Below are positions 9,143 to 18,863 of a DNA stretch of 64,000 nucleotides, in pieces (position 1 is the stretch's first letter; each line of letters begins with the position of its first letter). Below the pieces are notes generated by a model. That model made no database searches and was not told the DNA's origin. It worked only from the letters and a program-made list of their open reading frames with translations. A program made the position numbers and the translations under genes. The stretch lies in IMG/VR virus record IMGVR_UViG_2541047680_000004, one strand, 5' to 3'. Source of the stretch: a virus. Its lineage: Duplodnaviria; Heunggongvirae; Uroviricota; Caudoviricetes.

Positions 9143-10387
9143 TGCTGCAATGCCTTTCACCTTGCTTAAGAGTTCAAGCTGTCGTGAATAAGGTTTTGCG
9201 CAATAGTAGGCTTTGATAATCTGCCCCGGTGTCGCATCGCCGGGGTCGAGTCCTTCCTCGCCCAAACACGCAACTTTGACATTAAGACCAATACTTGTGA
9301 GTCGCCTGGCTGCGGCCATAGTGTTGCGTATAGCTTGCTTTTCACTATCCCACATCATGATCACATTACGTAATCCACGCGCCTTGAGCGTCAGGAACGC
9401 GCCCAGCTGATCTTCTGCATCCTGAGTGGTGTTGCCAGATAGATGCATCCCGAACGTTCCTATTGGTTCCACGTAATCACGTAATGTTTCTTCGTCAAAA
9501 ATAGCTCGTTTAACTCCCATAACATCGAACGCCCCCTCACAGACAACTACAGTCTGTTTGCCAACTGCATTATGGCCGTTGTAGAGAAACTTACCTGAAG
9601 CTGGAAGCTGCATAGGAAAGAGGTAGCGGCGGTCTGCTGTACCGGTAATGTCTCGTCCCTGAAATGTCTTCATTACCCCATCCAGATCGTAAACCGGTAT
9701 CAGTACTCGCATATCGAATATCTGTCCTTTTACCTGATCTGTATACGGATCTACATAAGCGTGCTTGCCTTCGACGCAGTATCGTAGGTCAAAATACTTT
9801 GCCATTTCAGGCGATATGTTTCGTTCAACCAGATAGTCTGGAAGACGGCCATCTATAGGAAGTTCGTAATGACGAGGGAGTGCAAGTGGTCCCTCTAACT
9901 CGACTGTGCTTGTAAGCACTATCTCTTCTTTCTTTGGTGCCCACCCCTGGGAAAGAAGAGCGTTCTGCACATATTCCTCGAACTGTCGTCGTGATTTACC
10001 GCTGTAGTACTTGAGGAAGACCAGCTTATTGAACTGAATCTCTTCGGGATGATCACCAGCGAAGCATTTGCCGACGCCACTGGTCAGATTGAAATATACC
10101 TTCCAGTTGGAGCTGCCGCATACCGGACACTCCTTGATATTCACTTCACGACCGCGAGCACTCACGCCTCCACGTCGATAAACGATACCTTCAGTGTCCA
10201 ACCATTGTTCAAAATCTAATTCGGTAATTAGCTCTTTCAGCTCGCTCACGATAATTCCACTTTTAACAGGCAATATTGTGACCAACCTAAATGTTGATAT
10301 AACATAAAGGCTCATGTGTTTTTCTTTTGTGGTTTGGCAAAAGAAAAGTTGTTTCACCAATGAATCAAGCGTGGAGGTGTTCTCCAC
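9134..10387 (-). CDS. DNA primase (zinc-binding domain + TOPRIM), T7 gp4 primase-like
   Basis: CPVCGSS...C zinc ribbon and TOPRIM-like VVCEGAFD motif; immediately downstream of the helicase gene. Confidence 0.7.
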   Translation of the reverse strand: MENTSTLDSLVKQLFFCQTTKEKHMSLYVISTFRLVTILPVKSGIIVSELKELITELDFEQWLDTEGIVYRRGGVSARGREVNIKECPVCGSSNWKVYFNLTSGVGKCFAGDHPEEIQFNKLVFLKYYSGKSRRQFEEYVQNALLSQGWAPKKEEIVLTSTVELEGPLALPRHYELPIDGRLPDYLVERNISPEMAKYFDLRYCVEGKHAYVDPYTDQVKGQIFDMRVLIPVYDLDGVMKTFQGRDITGTADRRYLFPMQLPASGKFLYNGHNAVGKQTVVVCEGAFDVMGVKRAIFDEETLRDYVEPIGTFGMHLSGNTTQDAEDQLGAFLTLKARGLRNVIMMWDSEKQAIRNTMAAARRLTSIGLNVKVACLGEEGLDPGDATPGQIIKAYYCAKPYSRQLELLSKVKGIAALV

Positions 10388-10396
10388 GCTTATTTT

Positions 10397-11737
10397 TTAG
10401 GTAACGTCTAAGATCCGCTCAATGAAGCGCATTTGTTCGAGGTTTTGTTTAACACGAATGCTGATCCCTCCCTGCTGGTTACGTGAACCAGCAAAGTAGA
10501 GACGAGCCTCTCCTTTCGCTTCTTCTTCTTCGGTTTTGTTGATCGTTATTACCAGGTCAGCAATACGTACTTTTTCGATGTTGTCGGCGGCGTGCATCAT
10601 TGTGGCAACTTCTGACGCGCCACCTTCACGGTTTGTCTGCGATGCCGTGATTCCAGCAACGTTATGTTTGTCATAAAGAGCACGTAAATCGGTGTAGATA
10701 CTACGAATGTTGGCGCGATCATCACGAAGGTCATAACTGGCACGCATCAAATCTGCGTAGTCGACAACAAGCATGTCAGGCACCATGCCATTGGCTTTCA
10801 TACTGTTAAGCATACGGTCCAGATCTGCCGGTGACATACTTCCTGACGGACGCTCAACCACCCACAAACTACCAATCCCCTTCGTGGCTCCCAACTCTGC
10901 CAACTTACGATGAACCTCATCGCGCCGTTCCACCAGCTTGGACATTTCTGTCTCCGACAATCTTGCATCAAAACGGTCGGATAAAATGGTGGTGTGAACC
11001 TCCAGCGAAAGATACAGAACATTGTAGCCAGCAAGCGTTGCATTTATGGAAAATTCACCCATTGCGGTCGATTTACCGGATTTAGCGAACCCCATGAAGA
11101 GCACCATTTCACGCTTCGCCCAGCCTTTTTGGTACAGCAACCTATCGAGCAGAGGGAGTCCAGTTGTAATGCTGTTTGGCACATACTCCTCTGAAGCCTC
11201 ATATTCACGCGCTTTCAATCGCTCACTTGCGGAGGTGTAGTAGTCATAGATTCCGGTCGCTTCGTTCGATCCAATCTGCTGAACCTTGGCCATGATTGCC
11301 ATCGCCCCCTGAAAGTCGCCTTTCTCTTTCAGTTCAGCAGCCTTAATCAGAGCATCATCAAACGCTACACTTTTTGCGAAGGTTGATACCTGGTCAACCA
11401 TGTACGAGGTATCGGACAATTTTTCTGCAAGAATGCGCTTAAACGCAGCAACAACATCGGCGAATAGTTCCTCACGGATAGTCTTATCGCGTTTCGCACG
11501 CTTAAGCATATCCAGAATTGCAGATGAAGAGGGCGCGCTCTTGTACATACGGTAATAGCCCGAAACCATATTAACCAATATGGCATTGGCCGCATTGGCA
11601 AATTGGCTAGGCACAACCAGATCTCCCGCACGAGTAAGAAACTCGTGATCACGACAAAAATATGCCGTCAGTCTGTTCTGGAAATCTTCATCAAACTCTT
11701 CGGACAGCCCGCGTCCTGTATGGCAAAGTTCTGTCAT
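10397..11737 (-). CDS. replicative helicase, DnaB/T7 gp4 helicase-like (RecA fold)
   Basis: Walker A GFAKSGKST, Walker B LVVDYADL; 446 aa. Confidence 0.75.
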   Translation of the reverse strand: MTELCHTGRGLSEEFDEDFQNRLTAYFCRDHEFLTRAGDLVVPSQFANAANAILVNMVSGYYRMYKSAPSSSAILDMLKRAKRDKTIREELFADVVAAFKRILAEKLSDTSYMVDQVSTFAKSVAFDDALIKAAELKEKGDFQGAMAIMAKVQQIGSNEATGIYDYYTSASERLKAREYEASEEYVPNSITTGLPLLDRLLYQKGWAKREMVLFMGFAKSGKSTAMGEFSINATLAGYNVLYLSLEVHTTILSDRFDARLSETEMSKLVERRDEVHRKLAELGATKGIGSLWVVERPSGSMSPADLDRMLNSMKANGMVPDMLVVDYADLMRASYDLRDDRANIRSIYTDLRALYDKHNVAGITASQTNREGGASEVATMMHAADNIEKVRIADLVITINKTEEEEAKGEARLYFAGSRNQQGGISIRVKQNLEQMRFIERILDVT

Positions 11738-11756
11738 GTGCTTTCCTTTGTTTTTT

Positions 11757-11769
11757 AAACAAATTGTTT
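11757..11769. promoter_or_regulatory. palindromic operator-like site AAACA-N3-TGTTT
   Basis: aaacaaattgttt 20 bp upstream of the helicase start; same palindrome recurs at 10 sites. Confidence 0.5.
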
Positions 11770-11780
11770 TCTAGTATTAG

Positions 11781-12530
11781 TTAATTAGATAGGGGATCAA
11801 TAAACCGCCGTGCTTCTTCCAGTTCTTCTGGAAAGTGGGCGGAAATAAGGCGCTCTGGAACGATTTCCATTAGCCAGATAGCGGAGAAAATTGCGCGTAT
11901 GCGCTTGCTGCGAGGGATGGTGCGCAAACGCTCCAGAATCCACTCAAAATAGCTTTCCTGAATCGGGTTGAACTGCATGTCTCCCATATGCTTAAAGCTA
12001 ACAAGAGAGTCATCCAGACGGGTTGTTGCGCGTCTGGCTAATTTCTCTTCGAATATCTCAACCAGCTCTGGCTGCCACAAATGCTGTGGGCGCGGCAGCT
12101 TGTCCCACAGCCGTCGTGCAGCTGCGGAAAGAACGGTGGAGATAAAGTAGTCGTATGAGCAGCAATAGCGGTCAGCAAACTGGCGTGCTTTCCATAGAGA
12201 CGTTTTATTGGCAGTCGACAACTCCTGATAAGGCAGGCGTTTTAACCCGGTGGTGAACGGAGCTGTTTCAAAGTGTTCGCGACCGTGCGTCAGCATGATA
12301 TTTGAGTACTGACGTTTGTATGCCTCCGTAAACAGACAGGTGGCCATAAGAGGATGCATGTCTCGGTAATCAAACCACTTCGTCTCGAAGAGTTCAGCCT
12401 CGTCTTTACAGCGCGACAAACCAATGTTTTCAGCGACCCACTTGTCCATAACAGCGGTATTCCACTCTGTCATGAAGTCGTACTGGTCGTTGTCGATGGT
12501 ATCGAAAAAGATTTGGCTCATGTGGCTCAC
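11781..12530 (-). CDS. hypothetical protein (replication module)
   Basis: 249-aa ORF directly upstream of the helicase in the same operon. Confidence 0.45.
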   Translation of the reverse strand: MSHMSQIFFDTIDNDQYDFMTEWNTAVMDKWVAENIGLSRCKDEAELFETKWFDYRDMHPLMATCLFTEAYKRQYSNIMLTHGREHFETAPFTTGLKRLPYQELSTANKTSLWKARQFADRYCCSYDYFISTVLSAAARRLWDKLPRPQHLWQPELVEIFEEKLARRATTRLDDSLVSFKHMGDMQFNPIQESYFEWILERLRTIPRSKRIRAIFSAIWLMEIVPERLISAHFPEELEEARRFIDPLSN

Positions 12531-12637
12531 CTGGTAGGTAGTTACTTACTTATCACGATGGACGGATGATAGCGACTGGTGTCAGTTTTTGGAAGTGAAA
12601 ACGGAAGGGAGTTGTTCTGGTGGTGTCTTTTAAAAGA

Positions 12638-12683
12638 CCTGCTTCCGTATATATTTAATAAGTTACTTATTATTTATATACAG
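12638..12683. repeat. copy 1 of a 43-bp AT-rich repeat (second copy 45937..45984)
   Basis: cctgcttccgtatatatttaataagttacttattatttatata(c)ag, near-identical in both copies, each about 110 bp upstream of an operon start. Confidence 0.7.
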
Positions 12684-12795
12684 AAACAGGCTCCTAATGG
12701 ATACCAAGAACAACATAATTTGACTCCAACTCCAGATGCTATGTCATTGACAGATTTATCAAGGGAGATCATGTTAGAATTAGTGTTTTAGCCTC

Positions 12796-13869
12796 GTGGA
12801 TATTGTCACCATGCGCATGAATAGACTTCCAGGATATGGCCTTCCCGAACTGGCTTTTTGGCCTCAGCCTAAATATGAACGGAATAAATGGTCGATGTTC
12901 TGTCTGAAACTCCGTAATGATGGAACCCTTGCTTGGTATCGGCGATATGTTGATCGTGGTATGCCAAACCACGCTGTTGATGACGACTACGATAACTATC
13001 CTGAAGCAAGAAAAGCGGCATTAGAGCTGAATAAAAACGTGAGCTTTGACATTGAAAAACTTCCTCTATCTATGTTTCAAAAGAAGTCATTGCGTTTGAA
13101 AGTTGACAAAGCACTCAAAGCCAAATCACGTCTCATGGATGAAGAGTATATAATGCTCAACGAAGCAATTAAGGCACACGCCAACGATCCGCGAGTGACA
13201 TTAAATGAGTTAATAATTAACCCAGATTACGAAACTTTGCGTCAACCCCTTTTTGACGTGCTAAGCGAGATGCCTTACTTACATTTTGTTTTTCTTCCCA
13301 AATTCCAAGTTTCACTTCAACTCGTTGCTCCTAACACTTGGGAATGTTCATATAACAACAAAGCTAAGACAGCGAAGATCTGCTACCAAGAACGCATAGC
13401 CAGAGGTTTTGGTTTATCAGGTGCTGCACATTGGGGAAAAACAAAAGCGACTATTCGCTCAATGCTTCTGCCGCGTGCTAACCGGTTACTGCAACTCGCC
13501 AGCGTAAAAAGAATGCTGGATGAAGCTCTCAGGAATGGGCAAAAGGTACTGGTTGTTGGCAACTTTGTTTTCTGGTTTGAGGACAAAAATCAGGTAGGTT
13601 GGAGTGTTAAAGTTGCTAGCGAAAGCGAAACCACCTCAAGAGGCAATACGCTCTGGAAAGAAGGAACTATCATTTCAAAAAATCACGGTCGAATTGTCGT
13701 GCTGCCGTATACAAAAGAAAACGGTAAACATGTAAAAGGTTATACCAAGAATGCCCCTAACGACGGCAATGCAATTCCTAGACATAAGGATGAGTATGTT
13801 GAGTTGCCCTTTGAAATTTTGGATGGTGACTTGATGTTCAGTCTGTTCGGTGAGCTTAACTACGAATAG
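12796..13869 (+). CDS. hypothetical protein (plus-strand orphan)
   Basis: 357-aa ORF with bidirectional hairpin terminator at 13,880-13,920. Confidence 0.45.
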   Translation: MDIVTMRMNRLPGYGLPELAFWPQPKYERNKWSMFCLKLRNDGTLAWYRRYVDRGMPNHAVDDDYDNYPEARKAALELNKNVSFDIEKLPLSMFQKKSLRLKVDKALKAKSRLMDEEYIMLNEAIKAHANDPRVTLNELIINPDYETLRQPLFDVLSEMPYLHFVFLPKFQVSLQLVAPNTWECSYNNKAKTAKICYQERIARGFGLSGAAHWGKTKATIRSMLLPRANRLLQLASVKRMLDEALRNGQKVLVVGNFVFWFEDKNQVGWSVKVASESETTSRGNTLWKEGTIISKNHGRIVVLPYTKENGKHVKGYTKNAPNDGNAIPRHKDEYVELPFEILDGDLMFSLFGELNYE

Positions 13870-13929
13870 CTTTCATAGAACGAAATATTTCTAAGGCTGT
13901 CCAATGCAGACCAGCCTTAGAGATTTATA

Positions 13930-14289
13930 TCAACCTTTCTTCATTAACTCGCGTTTAATTTCATCGGTACGCATCGTGACATCGGCAGCAGTGATCGCCT
14001 CGTTCAGCTTCACGATGTCCTCGATTTCCTGCGGTGTCTTCTCCGCAAGATGGAAAATAGCAGCACGAATCACATCAGAGCGGGTGAATTTCTCGAAGCG
14101 AGGGATGAACTTCATCATCTCCAGCAGTTCGAAGTATTCGTCTTCCAGTGACATTGTGCGGCTTTTAATTTTCTCTTTGCCACGAGTCGGGCGTCCCTGT
14201 GGTCTGACTGGTTGGCGCAAAGGAGTTGTGTTCTTAGCCGGTGCATCAGGCTCTTTGCGCTTTGCTAGGTCACCCATTTTCATGGACAT
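13930..14289 (-). CDS. putative ribbon-helix-helix centromere-binding protein (ParG-like)
   Basis: Small protein translationally coupled to parA; predicted beta-strand/helix/helix segment SRTMSLEDEYFELLEMM...RSDVIRAAIFHLAEK. Confidence 0.4.
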   Translation of the reverse strand: MSMKMGDLAKRKEPDAPAKNTTPLRQPVRPQGRPTRGKEKIKSRTMSLEDEYFELLEMMKFIPRFEKFTRSDVIRAAIFHLAEKTPQEIEDIVKLNEAITAADVTMRTDEIKRELMKKG

Positions 14290-14957
14290 TATTCTTCTTC
14301 CTCCAGACTCAACAGATAATCTACAAATTCTTCAAACTCGGCTTCCGCCTTTTTGTCGCGCTCGCTACCGGTCATTTCAAAGATAGAACGACCAGACTCT
14401 TCCGCATCATCATAGACGTTGCGGTTATATAGATTGACTGGCGCAGACTCGATGCCAAACGTCTCAACAATCTCTTTAGCCGCCAGAATGCGAGACACTT
14501 GTGATGGCAAAGCCGGGCACTGGTTCATGACCGCGCGGACCTTCACTTTATCGTTTACATTACGAACATTGTCGATAATAGGATCGATGTCACGCAGAGA
14601 TTTCAAATCACGACGCTTAGGACGAAGCGGGATAATGATAACGTCGGCCATCAGCATCGCTTGTCGCTGAATTTCGGAGTCAAAGCCACCAGCATCTACC
14701 ACTACATACTCAGCTCTACCCTGAAGCGATTTTAGGTGCTTAATGATGTCATCCTGAACGTATGCAAAAGGAATCAGCTCAAGGTCTTCGTTCTGTCGAC
14801 GGTCTTCACACCAGCTCGTTGTCGTGCGCTGAATATCTATATCGGTGATATAAACCTTCTTCTTCTTTTTGACTTTCAGGCAAACGGCAATTTGCTGGGC
14901 TACGGTGGATTTGCCTGGCCCGCCCTTTGTGCCGCCAACCACAAAGATCTTGGTCAT
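14289..14957 (-). CDS. parA: ParA-family partition ATPase (short, type Ib-like)
   Basis: Deviant Walker A GGTKGGPGKST, Walker B-like VVVDAGG; 222 aa. Confidence 0.75.
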   Translation of the reverse strand: MTKIFVVGGTKGGPGKSTVAQQIAVCLKVKKKKKVYITDIDIQRTTTSWCEDRRQNEDLELIPFAYVQDDIIKHLKSLQGRAEYVVVDAGGFDSEIQRQAMLMADVIIIPLRPKRRDLKSLRDIDPIIDNVRNVNDKVKVRAVMNQCPALPSQVSRILAAKEIVETFGIESAPVNLYNRNVYDDAEESGRSIFEMTGSERDKKAEAEFEEFVDYLLSLEEEE

Positions 14958-14992
14958 TGGAGAGTTCCCTTTGCGTATATAATTATCGTCTG

Positions 14993-15005
14993 AAACAACT
15001 TGTTT
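14993..15005. promoter_or_regulatory. palindromic operator-like site AAACA-N3-TGTTT upstream of parA
   Basis: aaacaacttgttt 36 bp upstream of parA start. Confidence 0.5.
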
Positions 15006-15105
15006 TCTTATATGTGATATAGCCTAAATGCCTACGGCTGTGGTGTAAAGGTTTAATGATAGGTACATAGGTGGGCTTAATAACAAAAAACCCGCCGTAG
15101 CGGGT

Positions 15106-15879
15106 TTATTGATTCATAGATCGTTTACTCAGAATGTTCACTATATGAGTACAAGCACCTGGGGTGAGATTGATTTTATTAGTCCCCCACTCTTCACGTC
15201 TTCGCATCTGGCCTCCGTCAGACTTACCGATATCCCACGGAATAAAACCACTTACGCCACAGGCATCCTCACCCAATTCCTCTATAAAATTTTCGTTCTT
15301 CGTATCGTAAATTTCGACCAGTCCATGTTTGCGCATACTCACAGCCCAAAGAGTTGCGCCTTTTATCGTCTGTAACGTATCGCAAACCAAGTACTGATAC
15401 TTATCTACGAGATAAAGGTAAGCAAAACTTGCGATGCCTAATCCCATATAATCAGCATGAGTAAAAACCCCTCTAATCTGCTTGGCGCTGACTTTTACTC
15501 CAGATTTATCCTTGATTGGAAACTCGCAGTAGGCCACGCGGAAGACTGTTTGGACTGGCTGCCCCACATGCAACTTGTAGGATTCAATTTCTGCTCCTAT
15601 CTCAAGAGGTGTGTAACCAGCACGTTTGAGTCGCTTAACTTCCTGCTCTTGGTAATCAGGATCACATGACTCAAGACACTCGCCAACAATACAGCGTTCA
15701 TAGGCCGAATCAACAAGCTCGTATTCGGTAAATCGAATTAGATCGAAACCTCGGGAGATAAAATAGAACTCACCGAGAGCGATAATTCTCGTCGCTCTCG
15801 GCATTTCAGACAAGACCTTGCTGTAGTCTTCTATTTCAGGGATTAATCTGTTCGCCTGACCAATTAGAGATGGTGCCAT
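15106..15879 (-). CDS. hypothetical protein
   Basis: 257-aa ORF followed by bidirectional terminator (cccgccgtagcggg). Confidence 0.4.
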   Translation of the reverse strand: MAPSLIGQANRLIPEIEDYSKVLSEMPRATRIIALGEFYFISRGFDLIRFTEYELVDSAYERCIVGECLESCDPDYQEQEVKRLKRAGYTPLEIGAEIESYKLHVGQPVQTVFRVAYCEFPIKDKSGVKVSAKQIRGVFTHADYMGLGIASFAYLYLVDKYQYLVCDTLQTIKGATLWAVSMRKHGLVEIYDTKNENFIEELGEDACGVSGFIPWDIGKSDGGQMRRREEWGTNKINLTPGACTHIVNILSKRSMNQ

Positions 15880-16283
15880 GAAGTATTCTGTGCCGTTGAT
15901 GGTTCCATATCATCGATTTTACAGAATTTCTTCATAAAAGACTCTACAACTTGTTTGATTCGTGAAGAAATATCACGATCTAAACACTTCAAGTCAGGAT
16001 ATTGTTCAGCAACATCTAAAACAAAAGAGGTTCGTTTACCGTTAGCGACAACCTCGGCCAACGGTTTAACCAGTGACGTAGAATTAGAGACCTTTTCGGC
16101 ACGCGCCACATCGCTCTTAAAAGTGACGATGAAGTGCTGGCGGTTAGCTGATTCACGGCACAACATACGTCGCACTTCTACTGCGTCTTCACTGTTGTGA
16201 ATACGCATAGGAAAGCTGTCGATAACCGCAGTATTGGTGCGGATCGTCTGCATAGAACGCGTATTGTCATGATAATTTAGCAT
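15864..16283 (-). CDS. hypothetical protein
   Basis: 139-aa ORF. Confidence 0.4.
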   Translation of the reverse strand: MLNYHDNTRSMQTIRTNTAVIDSFPMRIHNSEDAVEVRRMLCRESANRQHFIVTFKSDVARAEKVSNSTSLVKPLAEVVANGKRTSFVLDVAEQYPDLKCLDRDISSRIKQVVESFMKKFCKIDDMEPSTAQNTSWHHL

Positions 16284-16492
16284 ATATCCACCTTAGCCGT
16301 TAACACAAGTGTCATTGCGGCACCCCTCTCGGGGTTGAAGGCTACGAGAATGCGTAGCCTGTATGTGCCCACTTACGTGGATGCCTAATAAATCTACATC
16401 AAATTACTAAATGATTCAACATGAGCTTGAGTGAACAGGCGTGTATATGAGTGAAGATGCCATCTTTAGGATAAAAGGTAAACTGAGATCAA

Positions 16493-16717
16493 TCATCGAC
16501 TCAGTTCAGGTGCCCCCCACTCACACAGCCTTTCACCTATCGTATTGTGGATAAGCAACTGTCGCTCCGTTTCCTCAGTCATAAAATCCTCTCTACTCAC
16601 ATAGATAGGATTTGCAGCATCGCAGAATAGCACGCCTGGAGCCTGCGTCTTAATCACGCACCCATTTATCAAACAGCTCGCGATGAACACCAGAGGCATC
16701 TTTTTGCCGCACTTCAT
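16493..16717 (-). CDS. o-spanin lipoprotein (Rz1-like), starting inside Rz in another frame
   Basis: MKCGKKMPLVFIAS-C lipobox; ORF begins within the Rz-like gene and extends past its stop. Confidence 0.45.
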   Translation of the reverse strand: MKCGKKMPLVFIASCLINGCVIKTQAPGVLFCDAANPIYVSREDFMTEETERQLLIHNTIGERLCEWGAPELSR

Positions 16718-16901
16718 TAACCGTTTCATTTTTGACATCCACTGTGCTTTGAAGTCGTTTTCTGTCTTCCTGTTTTGCCTTCTCTTCCATTGCTCGTCGC
16801 GCCGCATTCCCGCCCATCGTGTAAGCGCCGACCAGAACGAAAAGAACGGCAGCCAGCGTAATCAAAGCAACTTTTAGCTTTGTCATCAGGCTGCCTAGCA
16901 T
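16650..16901 (-). CDS. i-spanin (Rz-like)
   Basis: N-terminal TM helix then charged coiled-coil region; adjacent to endolysin. Confidence 0.55.
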   Translation of the reverse strand: MLGSLMTKLKVALITLAAVLFVLVGAYTMGGNAARRAMEEKAKQEDRKRLQSTVDVKNETVNEVRQKDASGVHRELFDKWVRD

Positions 16902-16902
16902 A

Positions 16903-17622
16903 TTAGACCATCCCTTTCTGGTGTTTTCTTACCTGCGACCAGGCAATGAATCCTGCCACAACAATAGTGGCAATACCGAAGATGATGCGTACTGTATCCC
17001 CGCTAGAGATATGACCTTGTGCTTTATCCATAGCAGCGGAAACCTGTGGCATAACATCGGCCAGCTGTGCCAGACCAATACCTGCTGTAACAGTTGCGCC
17101 TGCGGTTTCTTTAGTTACAGGAACAGCCTTCACGGTTTTCACCGGCTTAACGACGCCAGCTCGACGCAGACCTTCCTCAATAACTTCTGCCGCATACCAG
17201 GTGTTCAGCGTTTTTAGCGGACCTCGCCCATTCTCATGGCGAATGATTGCCTCAACCAAAGGTCGAAGGATGTCGTAATCATGCAGATCGATGATCATGT
17301 CTGCGGTTACACCAACGGCTTTAGACACCTCATTAATGTAGGCGTCAGTGTTGTTTTCATTCGGCGGTGCCCAACGTTCAATAACTTCACGAATGGTATC
17401 GATACTTGAGCCGTCTTTTGCGCGACGTTTGTCGTGGTAGGTAATTAGAGTCACCGCCAGCGCACGAATCCCCCAAACAGGGTCTTTAAACGTGCAAAAG
17501 CGCGGTTCGTCTGGATTCGCAACCAGACCTTGCCACGGTGATCCTTTATCAAGATTACCGGGGTTATTATTACGAATGCCTCTCGGAGTCTTCATCCTTG
17601 ATCTCCTGTTATTGCAGTCCAT
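16903..17622 (-). CDS. putative endolysin with C-terminal hydrophobic segment
   Basis: Position between holin-like and spanin genes; GIRNNNPGN motif region; C-terminal IIFGIATIVVAGFIAW helix. Confidence 0.45.
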   Translation of the reverse strand: MDCNNRRSRMKTPRGIRNNNPGNLDKGSPWQGLVANPDEPRFCTFKDPVWGIRALAVTLITYHDKRRAKDGSSIDTIREVIERWAPPNENNTDAYINEVSKAVGVTADMIIDLHDYDILRPLVEAIIRHENGRGPLKTLNTWYAAEVIEEGLRRAGVVKPVKTVKAVPVTKETAGATVTAGIGLAQLADVMPQVSAAMDKAQGHISSGDTVRIIFGIATIVVAGFIAWSQVRKHQKGMV

Positions 17623-17944
17623 TTTTTACGCCATACGCGGCTAACCCCAAAAGCAGTGCAGTAATAATGAACGACGTTATTTTAGAAACAATGCCGCCAA
17701 AGAACCCACTGGAGATGGAATCTAACCGGTTAAGGAGTTTGTCCAGATTGGAGTGTTGAATACTATGTTGCGCCGGGGTCATATCACCAAAGTAGGTTTT
17801 CAGCTGATCATTGACCTCTTGGCCAATTTCTTCACGTAGCTCTTTACCTAATTTACCAACAACCTCCCGAGCAACGATCGCGGCAATACGCTCAACTTGC
17901 TCTGTTGTAACGCCCGCCATCTCGTTCGACATATTTTCCTCCAT
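17609..17944 (-). CDS. putative holin / lysis membrane protein
   Basis: 111-aa protein with C-terminal TM helix (ITSFIITALLLGLAAYGV) immediately upstream of endolysin. Confidence 0.4.
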   Translation of the reverse strand: MEENMSNEMAGVTTEQVERIAAIVAREVVGKLGKELREEIGQEVNDQLKTYFGDMTPAQHSIQHSNLDKLLNRLDSISSGFFGGIVSKITSFIITALLLGLAAYGVKNGLQ

Positions 17945-18013
17945 GAAAAGTCAAATCGGGATGGCGGATTTATATCACATTTCACCCTTTTGTTGTAGGT
18001 GTGTGCTTACCTA

Positions 18014-18244
18014 TCATTCAGCATTGCAACGGACTGATGAGAAAGCACCTACTCCAACCCATCGCCAGTTATAGATGCTACCCGCTTTGTATAAGGTATA
18101 GTCGTTCACTTTTTTAACAGCATATATGGGTATGACTGTCTCCTGTCCACCAATGATAGCCTCACCATAACATATAGGTGTCGGCAATTTCTGGCAGCCA
18201 GTAAGAGAGAGAACAACAGCTATTGTTAGAAATAATCTTTTCAT
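18014..18244 (-). CDS. small lipoprotein, Cor/Llp-like superinfection-exclusion candidate
   Basis: 76 aa, lipobox LSLTG-C, located between the tail fiber genes and the lysis cassette as cor/llp are in T1/phi80/T5-type phages. Confidence 0.5.
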   Translation of the reverse strand: MKRLFLTIAVVLSLTGCQKLPTPICYGEAIIGGQETVIPIYAVKKVNDYTLYKAGSIYNWRWVGVGAFSSVRCNAE

Positions 18245-18254
18245 CGTTTACTCA

Positions 18255-18863
18255 TCAGTTATACAGATTTCTATTTATTACCGGTACTCTGCCATTTACA
18301 CTAAAACTATGGCCGCCATTAAGTTGGTTTACGAATATAGAGCTAACAGTATTTCCATATGCCGCATATCCATAAACCATTGTCATGGCCCCGCCCGGTA
18401 CTGGAACCGCGAACACATTTGCATATGTTGGGATTATCGCTGGCGGGTAATCAAAAACATGCCCTCCAGAACTGTTCCACTCCGTATTATTAAGAAAGGT
18501 AAATGAAAGTGGGATATTTGCCGTATTATAGATCTCCTCTCCTCGCGCATTGAAAAAACTCATGCCCCAAGTTTCTTTTTTGGCTATACCTTTCGAAAAT
18601 ACGTATATCGTGGCACTAGAGTCGCTACCCTGACCTCCGAAACTGTAAATCACCTGGTTGTTACGCACTATTCTGTTGGCTATTAATGAAACAGCTTTCG
18701 AATAGGCAACAAAAATCATCGGTGAACGATCTGGAGATATTTGGGTGTTAAACTCTGTCCCGCCGGACAAAGAAACAACCTGCTTTCTCTGAAAAACGAT
18801 AGGAGACAAAGAAGGAGACATCCAGACCTTCCCGTCAGATCGATATATCTTGCTTCCGTACAT
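18255..18863 (-). CDS. hypothetical tail-fiber-associated protein
   Basis: 202-aa ORF, start overlaps stop of the upstream gene (TAATG). Confidence 0.4.
   Translation of the reverse strand: MYGSKIYRSDGKVWMSPSLSPIVFQRKQVVSLSGGTEFNTQISPDRSPMIFVAYSKAVSLIANRIVRNNQVIYSFGGQGSDSSATIYVFSKGIAKKETWGMSFFNARGEEIYNTANIPLSFTFLNNTEWNSSGGHVFDYPPAIIPTYANVFAVPVPGGAMTMVYGYAAYGNTVSSIFVNQLNGGHSFSVNGRVPVINRNLYN

Noticed and set aside
16903-17217. Plus-strand ORF 16921..17217 inside the endolysin gene
   Set aside because: Antisense to the lysis gene, Cys/His-rich low-complexity translation, no RBS.
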